This document shows, piece after piece, positions 8,483 through 17,456 of a DNA stretch of 64,000 nt. The position numbers were made by a program, and so were the translations under genes. Origin of the DNA: Miltoncostaeaceae bacterium (GTDB lineage Bacteria; Actinomycetota; Thermoleophilia; Miltoncostaeales; Miltoncostaeaceae); assembly GCA_049318525.1 (NCBI GenBank), contig JBMOGE010000001.1:2761-66760 (forward strand), in the 5' to 3' direction. The notes below the pieces were generated by a model that did no database searches, was not told where the DNA came from, and saw only the letters and a list, made by a program, of their open reading frames with translations. Positions within the stretch are counted from its first letter, which is position 1. The number at the start of each line of letters is the position of its first letter.

Positions 8483-9753
8483 GCCATGCCTTCAAGCGCC
8501 CGTGCGAATGCTTGTTCGGTTGCGCGGAACTCGTCGTCACCATGGATGGTGCTCGTAAACCACGCCTCAAACTGCGAGGGCGGCGGATACACGCCATTGG
8601 CCAACAGGCCGCGTGCCAGCCGGGCGTAGGCATCGGTGTCGCAGGCGGTGGCGTCGGCGTAGTTGGTAACCGGGGAATCGGTGAAGAACGGCGTGAGCAT
8701 CGATCCGACGCGCTGAACCGTGACCGGCGCGCCGCTGTCGCGGATGATCGCTTCGAGCCGTGCGCCGTTCTCCTCAAGTTGCTCGTAGGTGCCCTCGGCA
8801 GCCAGGCGGCAGATGACCGCGAGCCCCGCAGTGGTGGCCAGTGGATTGCCCGACAGCGTTCCCGCCTGGTAGCAGGGGCCCTCGGGCGCCAGTTCGCGCA
8901 TCACATCGGCCCGCCCACCGAACGCACCGACCGGCAGGCCGCCACCGATGATCTTGCCCATGCACGTGAGGTCGGCCTTCACGCCGTAGCGCTCCTGCGC
9001 ACCACCACGTGCCACCCGGAATCCGGTGATGACTTCGTCGAGAATGAGCAGCGCACCGGTGCGGTCGCAGGCGGCACGAAGGCCCTCGAGATAGCCCGGC
9101 GCGGGAGGTACCACGCCCATGTTGCCGGCGACCGGCTCCAGAATGATCGCCGCGGCGCCCTCGAGCGCGACCTCGGCTGCCGCAAGGTCGTTGTAGGGCA
9201 CCAGGCGGGTGGCGGCGGTGGCGCCCGCTGTGACGCCCGGGCTGGTGGGCACTCCCAGCGTGGTGGCCCCGCTGCCGGCCTGCGCGAGCAATCCGTCAAT
9301 GGCGCCGTGGTAGCCGCCCTCGGTCTTCACGATCACCTCGCGACCCGTGGCGGCCCGCGCCAGACGCACCGCACCCATCACGGCCTCGCTGCCGCTGGAG
9401 GTCATACGAAGCCGCTCGATGGACGGCATGGCGTCACGTACAGCCTCGGCGAAGACGATCTCCCGCTCGGTGGGAGCGCCGTAGGAGGTGCCGCGGGCGA
9501 GGGCGTCGCGCAGGTCGTCAATCACTACTGGCGGGGCGTGGCCCAGAATGGCCGGTCCCCATGAGGCCAGGTAATCGACGTATACGTTGCCGTCCACGTC
9601 GAACACACGTGTGCCCTCGGCGCGGTCGATAAAGATGGGGTCGCGCCCGATGCCCCGCATGGCACGCACGGGCGAGTTGACCCCGCCCACCAGCGACTGC
9701 TTCGCGCGCGCGAACAGTTCCTGGCTGCGCGTATCGGTGAGGGACGCAGGCAT
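8479..9753 (-). CDS. hemL: Glutamate-1-semialdehyde 2,1-aminomutase
   Basis: The start is taken at MPASLTDTRSQELF, downstream of the upstream gene's stop at 9758. The PLP-lysine region is DLTCMGKIIGGGLP. Confidence 0.9.
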   Translation of the reverse strand: MPASLTDTRSQELFARAKQSLVGGVNSPVRAMRGIGRDPIFIDRAEGTRVFDVDGNVYVDYLASWGPAILGHAPPVVIDDLRDALARGTSYGAPTEREIVFAEAVRDAMPSIERLRMTSSGSEAVMGAVRLARAATGREVIVKTEGGYHGAIDGLLAQAGSGATTLGVPTSPGVTAGATAATRLVPYNDLAAAEVALEGAAAIILEPVAGNMGVVPPAPGYLEGLRAACDRTGALLILDEVITGFRVARGGAQERYGVKADLTCMGKIIGGGLPVGAFGGRADVMRELAPEGPCYQAGTLSGNPLATTAGLAVICRLAAEGTYEQLEENGARLEAIIRDSGAPVTVQRVGSMLTPFFTDSPVTNYADATACDTDAYARLARGLLANGVYPPPSQFEAWFTSTIHGDDEFRATEQAFARALEGMA

Positions 9754-9757
9754 GGGG

Positions 9758-10840
9758 TCAGGCCGTCGGCAGGGGCGCGCCGGCGATGGCGATGTCCTCC
9801 CACGCCCGGTACGCGGGCGAGTAGTACTTGAGCCGCACCTTCTTGAACTCAAAGGTGGAGTAGAGAACGGCGTAGTCGTCGTCGGCGAGGCCGGCCTCGG
9901 CCGCGAGCGCCGCGATGGTCTCCTCGCAGGCGTCCTTCGACTTGGCGTGCACCATGGTGAAGAGGCTGTAGGGCCAGTCGTCGTAGGTGGGGCGCTTGTA
10001 GCAGTGGCTCACCGACTTGAAGGTGGCCATGCGGCTGCCGAAGTCGTCGACGCTGTCGGCGGGCACCTTCCATACGGCCATGCCGTTGGCGCCGAATCCT
10101 GCCTTGCGGTGGTTCAGCACGGCGGCGAAACGACGCATGACGGTGCGGTCCTGCATCTCCTGCGCCTTGGCGATGAGGTCGTCGGGATCGATACCGGCGG
10201 CATCCGCCCAGGCGTCGAACGGCGCCGGCACGAGCGGCAGGTCCTCCTGCAGGATGAGGATGGCCGCGCGGTCCTCGTCGGTGGGCGGCTTGCCATCGCC
10301 GCGCTGCGGTGCGGGCACCGGCTCAACACGGGCGACGTTGCCGCTATCGCCGGTCATGTCCAGCTGCACATTGATCTTGTACAGCGTGATCGTGGGGAGG
10401 ATGCGCATCGAGGTGGCACCCGTCTCGCGCGCCAGGATGTCGAGGGTCTCCTCGAGCGACAGCCGCGACCCGGGCTCAAGTGCGAGCGTGAACCACATGT
10501 TGAAGTTGTGGGTGCGGCGGTAGTTGTGGCTCACACCGGGGTGGCCATTGATCACGGCGGCGGCATCAAACAGCAGCTCATCGGGGTACGACGCCGCAAC
10601 CAGCGTGCTCTCGTAGCCCAGTGCCCGGGTGTCGAAGATGGCGGACACCTGCCGGATGATCCCGGCATCCTTCAGTACCTGCATCCGGGCAAGCACCTCG
10701 TCCTCGCCGATACCCACGGTGTCGGCGATCTTGAGGAACGGGCGGCGATCAAGGGCGATCCCGGCCTGCAGCGCATTGAGCAGCCGCTGGTCCACCTCGT
10801 CGGGCTTGTGGCGCGTGGGCTTGGCTTCGGTGGTGCTCAC
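9758..10840 (-). CDS. Fused siroheme decarboxylase-like protein (AhbA-AhbB / NirDL-type, two Lrp/AsnC-like halves)
   Basis: Two tandem halves each show the family pattern: half 1 LLNALQAGIALDRRPF...GHPGVSHNYRR...NMWFTL, and half 2 ILQEDLPLVPAPF...FKSVSHCYKRP...WPYSLFTMVH. The likely GTG start at 10840 forms a GTGA overlap with the hemB stop. Confidence 0.75.
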   Translation of the reverse strand: MSTTEAKPTRHKPDEVDQRLLNALQAGIALDRRPFLKIADTVGIGEDEVLARMQVLKDAGIIRQVSAIFDTRALGYESTLVAASYPDELLFDAAAVINGHPGVSHNYRRTHNFNMWFTLALEPGSRLSLEETLDILARETGATSMRILPTITLYKINVQLDMTGDSGNVARVEPVPAPQRGDGKPPTDEDRAAILILQEDLPLVPAPFDAWADAAGIDPDDLIAKAQEMQDRTVMRRFAAVLNHRKAGFGANGMAVWKVPADSVDDFGSRMATFKSVSHCYKRPTYDDWPYSLFTMVHAKSKDACEETIAALAAEAGLADDDYAVLYSTFEFKKVRLKYYSPAYRAWEDIAIAGAPLPTA

Positions 10841-11859
10841 GATGCGTCCTCTTTCATCCACTTGGCCGCGTCGATTGCGGCATACGTGATGACGATGTCG
10901 GCCCCGGCCCGCACGATCGCGGTGAGGGTCTCCATCATCGCCTGGCGTTCATCCAGCCATCCGCGCTCGGCGGCGGCCTTGATCATCGAGTACTCACCAC
11001 TCACGTGGTAGGCGGCCACGGGCAGGTCGGTGGCGCCCCGCACCGCGTGGACGACGTCGAGGTAGGTGGCGGCGGGCTTCACCATCACCATGTCTGCGCC
11101 CTCGGCCACGTCGGCCCGCACCTCGCGAAGGGCCTCGCGGATGTTGGGCGGATCCATCTGGTATCCGCGGCGGTCACCATGCCCGGGGGCCGATCCAGCG
11201 GCCTCGCGGAAGGGCCCGTAAAAGGCTGATGCGTACTTGGCCGAGTACGACATGATCGCCGTGGTCTCGTGGCCCGATGAATCGAGCGCACTGCGGATGG
11301 CTCCCACCCGTCCATCCATCATGTCGCTTGGGGCCACCACGTCTGCGCCGGCACGCGCGTGGCTCACCGCGGTGCGCGCGATCACGTCGAGCGAGGGGTC
11401 GTTGTCGACCTCACCATCGGGGCCCAGCAGGCCGCAATGCCCATGGTCGGTGTAGGCGCACAGGCACACGTCGGTGATGACCACCAGGTCGGGCACCCCG
11501 GCCTTGAGTGCGCGCACGGCCTGCTGCACCACGCCGTCGTCGGCGTGGGCGGACGTGGCCACGGCATCCTTCTGGTCGGTGACGCCAAACAGCAGCACGC
11601 CACCCACGCCGGCCTCGTAGGCGGCGCGGGCCTCCTCCACCATCAGGTCGGGCGAGAGCCGCGCAATTCCCGGCAGCGCGTCAACCGGCTGGCGGATTCC
11701 CTCACCGGCGACCGCGAACATGGGCAGCACCAGCTGTGACGGGCGCACCACCACCTCGCGCACCAGGCGCCGGATGGCATCGGTGCGGCGCAGCCGGCGG
11801 TGCCGGACAATGGGGAACGCGCCTGTCGCGGCGGCGGTCTCGGTGCTTTCAGATCCCAC
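10837..11859 (-). CDS. hemB: Porphobilinogen synthase (ALA dehydratase)
   Basis: Conserved active-site regions SDMMDGRVGAIR and DMVMVKPAATYLDV. The N-terminus of the 378-aa ORF looks like an over-extension, so the GTG at 11859 was chosen (uncertain). Confidence 0.85.
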   Translation of the reverse strand: MGSESTETAAATGAFPIVRHRRLRRTDAIRRLVREVVVRPSQLVLPMFAVAGEGIRQPVDALPGIARLSPDLMVEEARAAYEAGVGGVLLFGVTDQKDAVATSAHADDGVVQQAVRALKAGVPDLVVITDVCLCAYTDHGHCGLLGPDGEVDNDPSLDVIARTAVSHARAGADVVAPSDMMDGRVGAIRSALDSSGHETTAIMSYSAKYASAFYGPFREAAGSAPGHGDRRGYQMDPPNIREALREVRADVAEGADMVMVKPAATYLDVVHAVRGATDLPVAAYHVSGEYSMIKAAAERGWLDERQAMMETLTAIVRAGADIVITYAAIDAAKWMKEDAS

Positions 11860-11920
11860 GACTCGCGAGTGTATCGTCGGTTCCGTGACTGACGGAGGGG
11901 GTCGGAGCGGGTTCGGGGCG

Positions 11921-12517
11921 ATGGGGTCAGGTGACCCCGCCCTCGACGCGGCGGGCATTTCGCCCGCCCACATGATCGCCGGCTACCACGCGGGCCTCTT
12001 CCCGATGGACTCCGACGACGACGTGGGGCCGGTTGGCTGGTACTTCACCGACCCCCGTGCGGTCATCGTCACGGCCGATGCCCGCATTCCGCGCACGGTG
12101 GCCCGCATGCTGCGCCGCCGCGCCTACGACGTGCGTGTGGATACCGCATTCAGCGAGGTGCTTCTGGCGTGCTCCGGCGATCGCGATGGCGTGTGGCTCA
12201 CCCCGCGGCTCATCGGCGGATATGAGGCCCTGCACGATCTCGGTATTGCGCACAGCATCGAAGCATGGGACGGCGACGTGCTCGCCGGGGGACTGTTCGG
12301 CATCGCGATCGATGGCCTGATGACTGCAGAGAGCATGTTCCACCGGCTGCCCGATGGTGGAAATGCGGCAATCGCGGGGCTCATCGGGATCGCACGCATC
12401 AATGGGTTCACCCTCATCGACGTGCAGATGGAGTCGCCCCACGTGATGCGCTTTGGCGCCACGCTGATCAGTGCCGATGCCTACACGGAGCTATTGGCGG
12501 ATGTGCTCCGGCACTAG
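11921..12517 (+). CDS. aat: Leucyl/phenylalanyl-tRNA--protein transferase
   Basis: Family-like pattern across the protein (YHAGLFPM, VWLTPRLIGGYEALHDLGIAHSIEAW, LAGGLFGIAIDGLMTAESMFH). The start is uncertain (ATG 11921 or GTG 11885). Confidence 0.7.
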   Translation: MGSGDPALDAAGISPAHMIAGYHAGLFPMDSDDDVGPVGWYFTDPRAVIVTADARIPRTVARMLRRRAYDVRVDTAFSEVLLACSGDRDGVWLTPRLIGGYEALHDLGIAHSIEAWDGDVLAGGLFGIAIDGLMTAESMFHRLPDGGNAAIAGLIGIARINGFTLIDVQMESPHVMRFGATLISADAYTELLADVLRH

Positions 12518-13866
12518 GTGTGCATGCGCCGGGCCAGCACGAAGCGCGCGATCACGCCGTAGGCGATGGCGATGAGTGCGAGCAGGCCGATGCCCGACCA
12601 CAGTGACGTGGTGACCTCGGGATCGACCAGCACCTGCTGGAACACCCGGGCTGCGGGGCCGAATCCCGCCACCGCACTTGCCCAGTAGGCCACATCGCTG
12701 CCCGGGATGAGCGCCACCACGGCCAGTGGCAACGAGATCATGAGACCGGCCAGCAGGGCCGTGCGGGTCTCGCGCGCGAGCGCACCGATGAGAAGCCCGA
12801 AGGCTCCGAACGCGAGACCTGCCACAAGCAGTGCGATGACCCAGATGCCCCATCGTCCAACCGTGACCGATGTCGTAATGGCGACGATGCCGAGCAGCAG
12901 CATGCCCACCACCAGCGCGGCTGCGGCCGAGACAACGGCCTTCTGCGCGATGATGGACCCGGGGCTCACGAGCCCCCGACCCAGGCGCGAGAGCACCCCG
13001 TCCTCGCGCTCCGCCGAGAGCAGCGCCGCCGACAGCAGCACGCTCACCAGTCCAAGGCCCACCACGAGCGCTCCGGCGATGCCCAGCGCAGAGAGGGGCT
13101 CGCGACCCGGCGCGCCGGCCTTCACATCGAGCCGGATCGGGCTTGCGATCGCCTTGGCGGCGGGCTTGGCCAGATTCAGGTTCTCGCCAACGCCGGAGAT
13201 GAAATCGAGCAGGGAGGCGGCCTTGGCGGCTTCCTCTGGCTTGCCCGCCGCCCGGAGCGCGGCCTGCATGTCCCTGATGGTCTGTTCGCTGCTCTGCAGC
13301 CCCACCAGGGTGCCGGCCTGCCCGAACAGCGCCACATTGCCACCGTTCTGGATGAGGTCAACCAGATGGAGCACCTGCCCGACATAGGCTTCGGCCAGCG
13401 CCTGGTTGAGGCGGAACACCATGGCTTCCAGCCGTCGCTCGATGGCCTGTGCCTCGATGGGCGAGCGCGGGTTGGTCTGCAGGGTGATCACAGGTGAGCG
13501 GATACCGGTCTGGAGGTCACTCACGAAGCCCTCGGGAATGGTGAGCACCGCGCTCACCTTGCCGTCGTCAAGCGCCTGAGTGGCCTGCTGCGGATCGAGC
13601 CGCACGAGGCTCACGGCCTCGCCCAGCCGGCTGGCGTAGTCGTCAACCGACAGTCGCTCGTCGCCCACCTGCACAGTGCGGCCCGACTGCGCATCGAGGT
13701 TGACAAAGGCCACCGATGGCTTGACATCGCCACCCGACAGCGCGATGGCCAGCAGCACGGCGATGACGATGGGGTAGCCGATGAGGATGGCCAGGAGGCC
13801 CCGGCTGCGCCCGAGTACTCGCAGGTCCTTGATGAACAGCAGCCGTCCGGCGCGCAACGTCCTCAT
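12514..13866 (-). CDS. ABC-2 type exporter permease with a large extracytoplasmic loop
   Basis: 450 aa: one N-terminal TM, a soluble loop of about 200 aa, then five C-terminal TM helices. The start overlaps the ATPase gene stop. Confidence 0.8.
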   Translation of the reverse strand: MRTLRAGRLLFIKDLRVLGRSRGLLAILIGYPIVIAVLLAIALSGGDVKPSVAFVNLDAQSGRTVQVGDERLSVDDYASRLGEAVSLVRLDPQQATQALDDGKVSAVLTIPEGFVSDLQTGIRSPVITLQTNPRSPIEAQAIERRLEAMVFRLNQALAEAYVGQVLHLVDLIQNGGNVALFGQAGTLVGLQSSEQTIRDMQAALRAAGKPEEAAKAASLLDFISGVGENLNLAKPAAKAIASPIRLDVKAGAPGREPLSALGIAGALVVGLGLVSVLLSAALLSAEREDGVLSRLGRGLVSPGSIIAQKAVVSAAAALVVGMLLLGIVAITTSVTVGRWGIWVIALLVAGLAFGAFGLLIGALARETRTALLAGLMISLPLAVVALIPGSDVAYWASAVAGFGPAARVFQQVLVDPEVTTSLWSGIGLLALIAIAYGVIARFVLARRMHT

Positions 13867-14588
13867 TGGTCGTCTCCCACCAGTGCCATGAAGGCGGTCT
13901 CGCCCGCCGCCGGACCGGACGGGTCGGTACCCGCCACGCGGATGAGGTCGTCGAGCGTGCCGTCCATGCGCAGTTGCCCGGCCACAAGGGTGACGATGCG
14001 ATTGGCCGACCGCGACGCCTCGTCAATCGACTGGGTTGAGAACACAAGCGCCATGTCCCCATCGGCCACCAGCTCGGTAAGCCAGTTCCACAGCCGATGG
14101 CGCTGGTCGGGGCTGAGCGTGCCTGTGGGCTCGTCCAGAAGCAGCAGCGCGGGCTGTCCCGCGAGCGCGATGGCCAGGTTGAGGCGCTGCAGCGTGCCGG
14201 TTGACAGGGCCGACGCCGGGCGATCGGCCACCTTCCCCAGATCTGCGCGCTCGATGAGTCCGTCGGCCACCGCACGTGGGTCTGCGGTGCCCTCGAGCCC
14301 CGCGAACAGCCGCAGATTCTCGCGTGCCGTGAGGCGTGGGTAGAGCGCCGGCCGCTGCGGCACCCATCCCACCGCCAGCGCCGTGCCGCCAGCCCATTCG
14401 ATGCTGCCGGCGCTTGCGACGCCAACTCCGGCGAGGATCGACAGCAGCGTGGTCTTGCCCGCGCCATTGGGGCCGATGAGGGCGATGCGCTCACCGCGGA
14501 AGATGGCGAGGTCAACTGGCGCCAGTGCCTCAACCGATCCATAGCGCCGCGCGATGCCGCGTGCGGTGAGGAGGGCGTCGCCCCTCAT
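13863..14588 (-). CDS. ABC transporter ATP-binding protein
   Basis: Start at MRGDALLTARGI. Walker A GPNGAGKTT, signature LSTGTLQRL, Walker B LLLDEPT. Confidence 0.9.
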   Translation of the reverse strand: MRGDALLTARGIARRYGSVEALAPVDLAIFRGERIALIGPNGAGKTTLLSILAGVGVASAGSIEWAGGTALAVGWVPQRPALYPRLTARENLRLFAGLEGTADPRAVADGLIERADLGKVADRPASALSTGTLQRLNLAIALAGQPALLLLDEPTGTLSPDQRHRLWNWLTELVADGDMALVFSTQSIDEASRSANRIVTLVAGQLRMDGTLDDLIRVAGTDPSGPAAGETAFMALVGDDQ

Positions 14589-14598
14589 ACGGCGACGG

Positions 14599-15831
14599 TC
14601 AGTCGGCGCCGCTTGCGCGCGGCGCCTCGGTGATTCGCGTGGGCACGTCGAGAGTATCCCCGGAATTCGGGTCGGGGGATGGGCGCCGTGGTGGTGGGGC
14701 GAAGCCCGATGCAGTGGGCTGGTCGTCGGCGAGCTGTGTGTTGCCAAGCCCCACCAGTTGCGGCATGCCGAACCAGCCCATGCGCCTGCTGGTGTAGATG
14801 GCGGTCTCCTTGAGCAGCACCACGACGGGGATGGCAAGGATGATCCCGGCGAATCCGTACAGCTCGTCGCCGATGAGGATGCCGAAGATCACCACCAGCG
14901 GATGCACTCCCACGGCGTCGCCCATGACCTGAGGCACCACGATGTGGCCCTCGAACTGGTGGATGGCAATGAACGCAAGAATGACCCAGAGCGCGGTGAT
15001 GGGTGAGGTGAACAGCGCCAGCAGCACCGGTGGCAATGCCCCGAAGATGGGCCCGATGTACGGGATGAACTCCATCACGAACACCCAGGCCGCGAAGAGC
15101 GCGGCATATGTGGCCCCCTGGGCGAAAATCCCCGTGACGCCAAAGATCCACAGCACCAGCCCCGCACTCACCCCAATGATGAGGCAGACCAGTGTCTGGG
15201 CCTTGATGTACTGCCCCAGTGTGCGTTCGGTGCGGCGCAGGAACTGTGCCGCTGATGGGCCACCGATCTGCTGGGCGAAGCGGGCGATGCGCGGGGCGTC
15301 CAGCAGCATGTAGACGGCTGCCACCAGAATGATGATGATGACGACCAGCACGCTGAGGGCGCTCAGTGAGTACGACACGGCATTGCCCGAGATGCCACTG
15401 GCCCACGATCTGATGGCCTGCAGCGTGGCATCGGCCTTCTGCTGCACATCCACGTGGATGCCATTGCGCTCGAAGAACGCCTGCAGGTTCTGCACCTGCC
15501 GCTGGGCCTGATCGGTGTACAGCGGCAGGTTGCCGCGGATCGCCTGGATCTGGTTCTGAATGGGGGGGATGAGCAGTACGACAGCGGCTGCGACCGCCCC
15601 GATGAACGAGAGGAACACCGTTGCCACGGCAAGGCCACGTGGCACATGCATGCGCCTGAGGAACCGCACGAGGGGGTTGAGCAAAAGGGCGATGACGACC
15701 GATACCAGGAACACGAAGATGACGCGTCCGAGGGTCTGTCCCGCGATCCAGAGGATCACGACGATGCCCGCCGTGGCGGCAATAAGTGCCCACGCCGGCG
15801 TGCTGGCCTGTCGGCCGGTCATGGAGTCCAT
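14599..15831 (-). CDS. AI-2E family (PerM/YhhT-like) membrane transporter
   Basis: 410 aa, polytopic, with the typical AI-2E layout (LNPLVRFL... and IPYIGPIFGALP motif). Confidence 0.8.
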   Translation of the reverse strand: MDSMTGRQASTPAWALIAATAGIVVILWIAGQTLGRVIFVFLVSVVIALLLNPLVRFLRRMHVPRGLAVATVFLSFIGAVAAAVVLLIPPIQNQIQAIRGNLPLYTDQAQRQVQNLQAFFERNGIHVDVQQKADATLQAIRSWASGISGNAVSYSLSALSVLVVIIIILVAAVYMLLDAPRIARFAQQIGGPSAAQFLRRTERTLGQYIKAQTLVCLIIGVSAGLVLWIFGVTGIFAQGATYAALFAAWVFVMEFIPYIGPIFGALPPVLLALFTSPITALWVILAFIAIHQFEGHIVVPQVMGDAVGVHPLVVIFGILIGDELYGFAGIILAIPVVVLLKETAIYTSRRMGWFGMPQLVGLGNTQLADDQPTASGFAPPPRRPSPDPNSGDTLDVPTRITEAPRASGAD

Positions 15832-15893
15832 GGTATCGCCCCCAACCCAGCCAGCCCGTCATTCGGTCCGGCTGGTCTAGCCTTGTCACGTCG

Positions 15894-16646
15894 ATGCCGA
15901 ATCTCACTCGCGATGAGCTGAAGTGGCGACGCGACGAGCGCCGGCAGGCCGACCGCCACCGGAGCAATCGCGCGCTCAACACCGTGGTCGCCCCGGCCCT
16001 GCTGGCCGTGGCGGTGATCGTGGCCGTCGTATTGGCTGCCACCTGGGGTGGCACCGCGACCGATGCCCCCGTGGGCCCGGTGGCCTCGCCCGTTCCCGCC
16101 GCCGCTGGCGCCACCGCTCCGCAGCGTGTGGTGATGGGCCGCTCCGGACGCCTGGAGGTGGTGCTGCCCGTGGCCGAGAAGCAGGTGACCGCCATCTACT
16201 TCCATGGGGTGACCGACCCGGGCGCCATCGCCATGACCCCGGCGAGCGGGTTGACCCAGAAGGTGACCGCGGAGGATGGGTCGTCGGGCACCCTGACGTC
16301 CGCGGTTGATGTGGGCGCCACCGCGGGATCGGTGGTCTACAGCCCGGTGGACGGGGTGGTCACGGCGGTCAGTCCGTACCGCGTGTTCGGCCGCCCAGAG
16401 GGACTCGCGATCGTCCTCACGCCCGCCGGCATGCCCGACGTCGCTGTGAGCATCACCCACGTGGAGCCGGCGCCCGATGGCGTCGTTCTTCAGGTGGGGA
16501 GCGCCGTCGGGGCCGGTCGTACTGTCATCGGGCGCGTGCGTGACATGTCGCGGGTCGAGACCCCCGCTATCGCCAATTACACCAACGACTCCGGAAACCA
16601 CATTGCCATCGAACTGCTGCGTCAGAGCACCGGGCCAGGTGCCTGA
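15894..16646 (+). CDS. Membrane-anchored protein with a degenerate LytM/M23-like C-terminal domain
   Basis: Start at MPNLTRDE, then a basic cytoplasmic tail and one TM. The C-terminal pattern is VVYSPVDGVVTAV...ITHVEP...VGAGRTVIGRV...SGNHIAIEL. This lacks the full HxH metal site. Confidence 0.55.
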   Translation: MPNLTRDELKWRRDERRQADRHRSNRALNTVVAPALLAVAVIVAVVLAATWGGTATDAPVGPVASPVPAAAGATAPQRVVMGRSGRLEVVLPVAEKQVTAIYFHGVTDPGAIAMTPASGLTQKVTAEDGSSGTLTSAVDVGATAGSVVYSPVDGVVTAVSPYRVFGRPEGLAIVLTPAGMPDVAVSITHVEPAPDGVVLQVGSAVGAGRTVIGRVRDMSRVETPAIANYTNDSGNHIAIELLRQSTGPGA

Positions 16647-17456
16647 GTGAGCGACCCCGCCGTATTCCGTGCCGTCATGATCGGCGATGTATTCGGTGCC
16701 CCGGGCATGCGGGCCGTCGAGATGGTCCTGCCGCGCCTGCGCGAGGAGCATTCGCCGAACATCGTCGTGGTCAATGCCGAGAACGCCGCCGCCGGGTCGG
16801 GTACCACGCCCAAGCAGGCGAAGGCGCTCTTCGAGGCCGGCGCTGACGTACTGACCGGGGGGAATCACACGCTCCGCCGAACCGAGTACGTGGCCACGCT
16901 CGAGGAGGACCCACGCGTGCTGCGACCGGCCAACCTGGTGGCGCGCGGCGCGGGTTCGGGCAGCGTGGTGGTGGATGCCCGAGGGGGCTTCCGGGTGGGT
17001 GTGCTCAACCTCATCGGGTCGGTATTCATCGAAGCAGCCCAAAGTCCCTTCGCGGTGGTTGACGATCTGATCGATCGCATGCGCCGCGAGACCCATCTGG
17101 TGATCGTCGATATGCATGCCGAGGCCACCAGCGAGAAGCGGGCGATTGCCCATCATCTGGATGGTCGCGCCACCGTGGTCTTCGGTACGCACACCCACGT
17201 GCCCACTGCCGACGAGCGCATCCTGGCCGGGGGTACCGCGTACATCAGCGACATCGGCATGACCGGTCCGCACGACTCGATCATCGGGGTAAAGGCCGAG
17301 CCGGTGCTGCGCAGGTTCCTCACCGGGCTGCCAGCGCGGTTCGAGCCCGCCACCGGTGATGTGCGCGTTCAGGGGATCGTGGTGGATGCCGGCGCGGATG
17401 GTCGTGCCACGCGCATCGAGCGCTTTGACATCCCCGTCGACGTCTCGGTGAGTTAG
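16647..17456 (+). CDS. ymdB: YmdB-like metallophosphoesterase (2',3'-cyclic nucleotide phosphodiesterase family)
   Basis: 269 aa with motifs IGDVFG, NAENAAAG, DMHAEATSEK and GTHTHVPTAD. The GTG start directly abuts the upstream stop. Confidence 0.85.
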   Translation: MSDPAVFRAVMIGDVFGAPGMRAVEMVLPRLREEHSPNIVVVNAENAAAGSGTTPKQAKALFEAGADVLTGGNHTLRRTEYVATLEEDPRVLRPANLVARGAGSGSVVVDARGGFRVGVLNLIGSVFIEAAQSPFAVVDDLIDRMRRETHLVIVDMHAEATSEKRAIAHHLDGRATVVFGTHTHVPTADERILAGGTAYISDIGMTGPHDSIIGVKAEPVLRRFLTGLPARFEPATGDVRVQGIVVDAGADGRATRIERFDIPVDVSVS

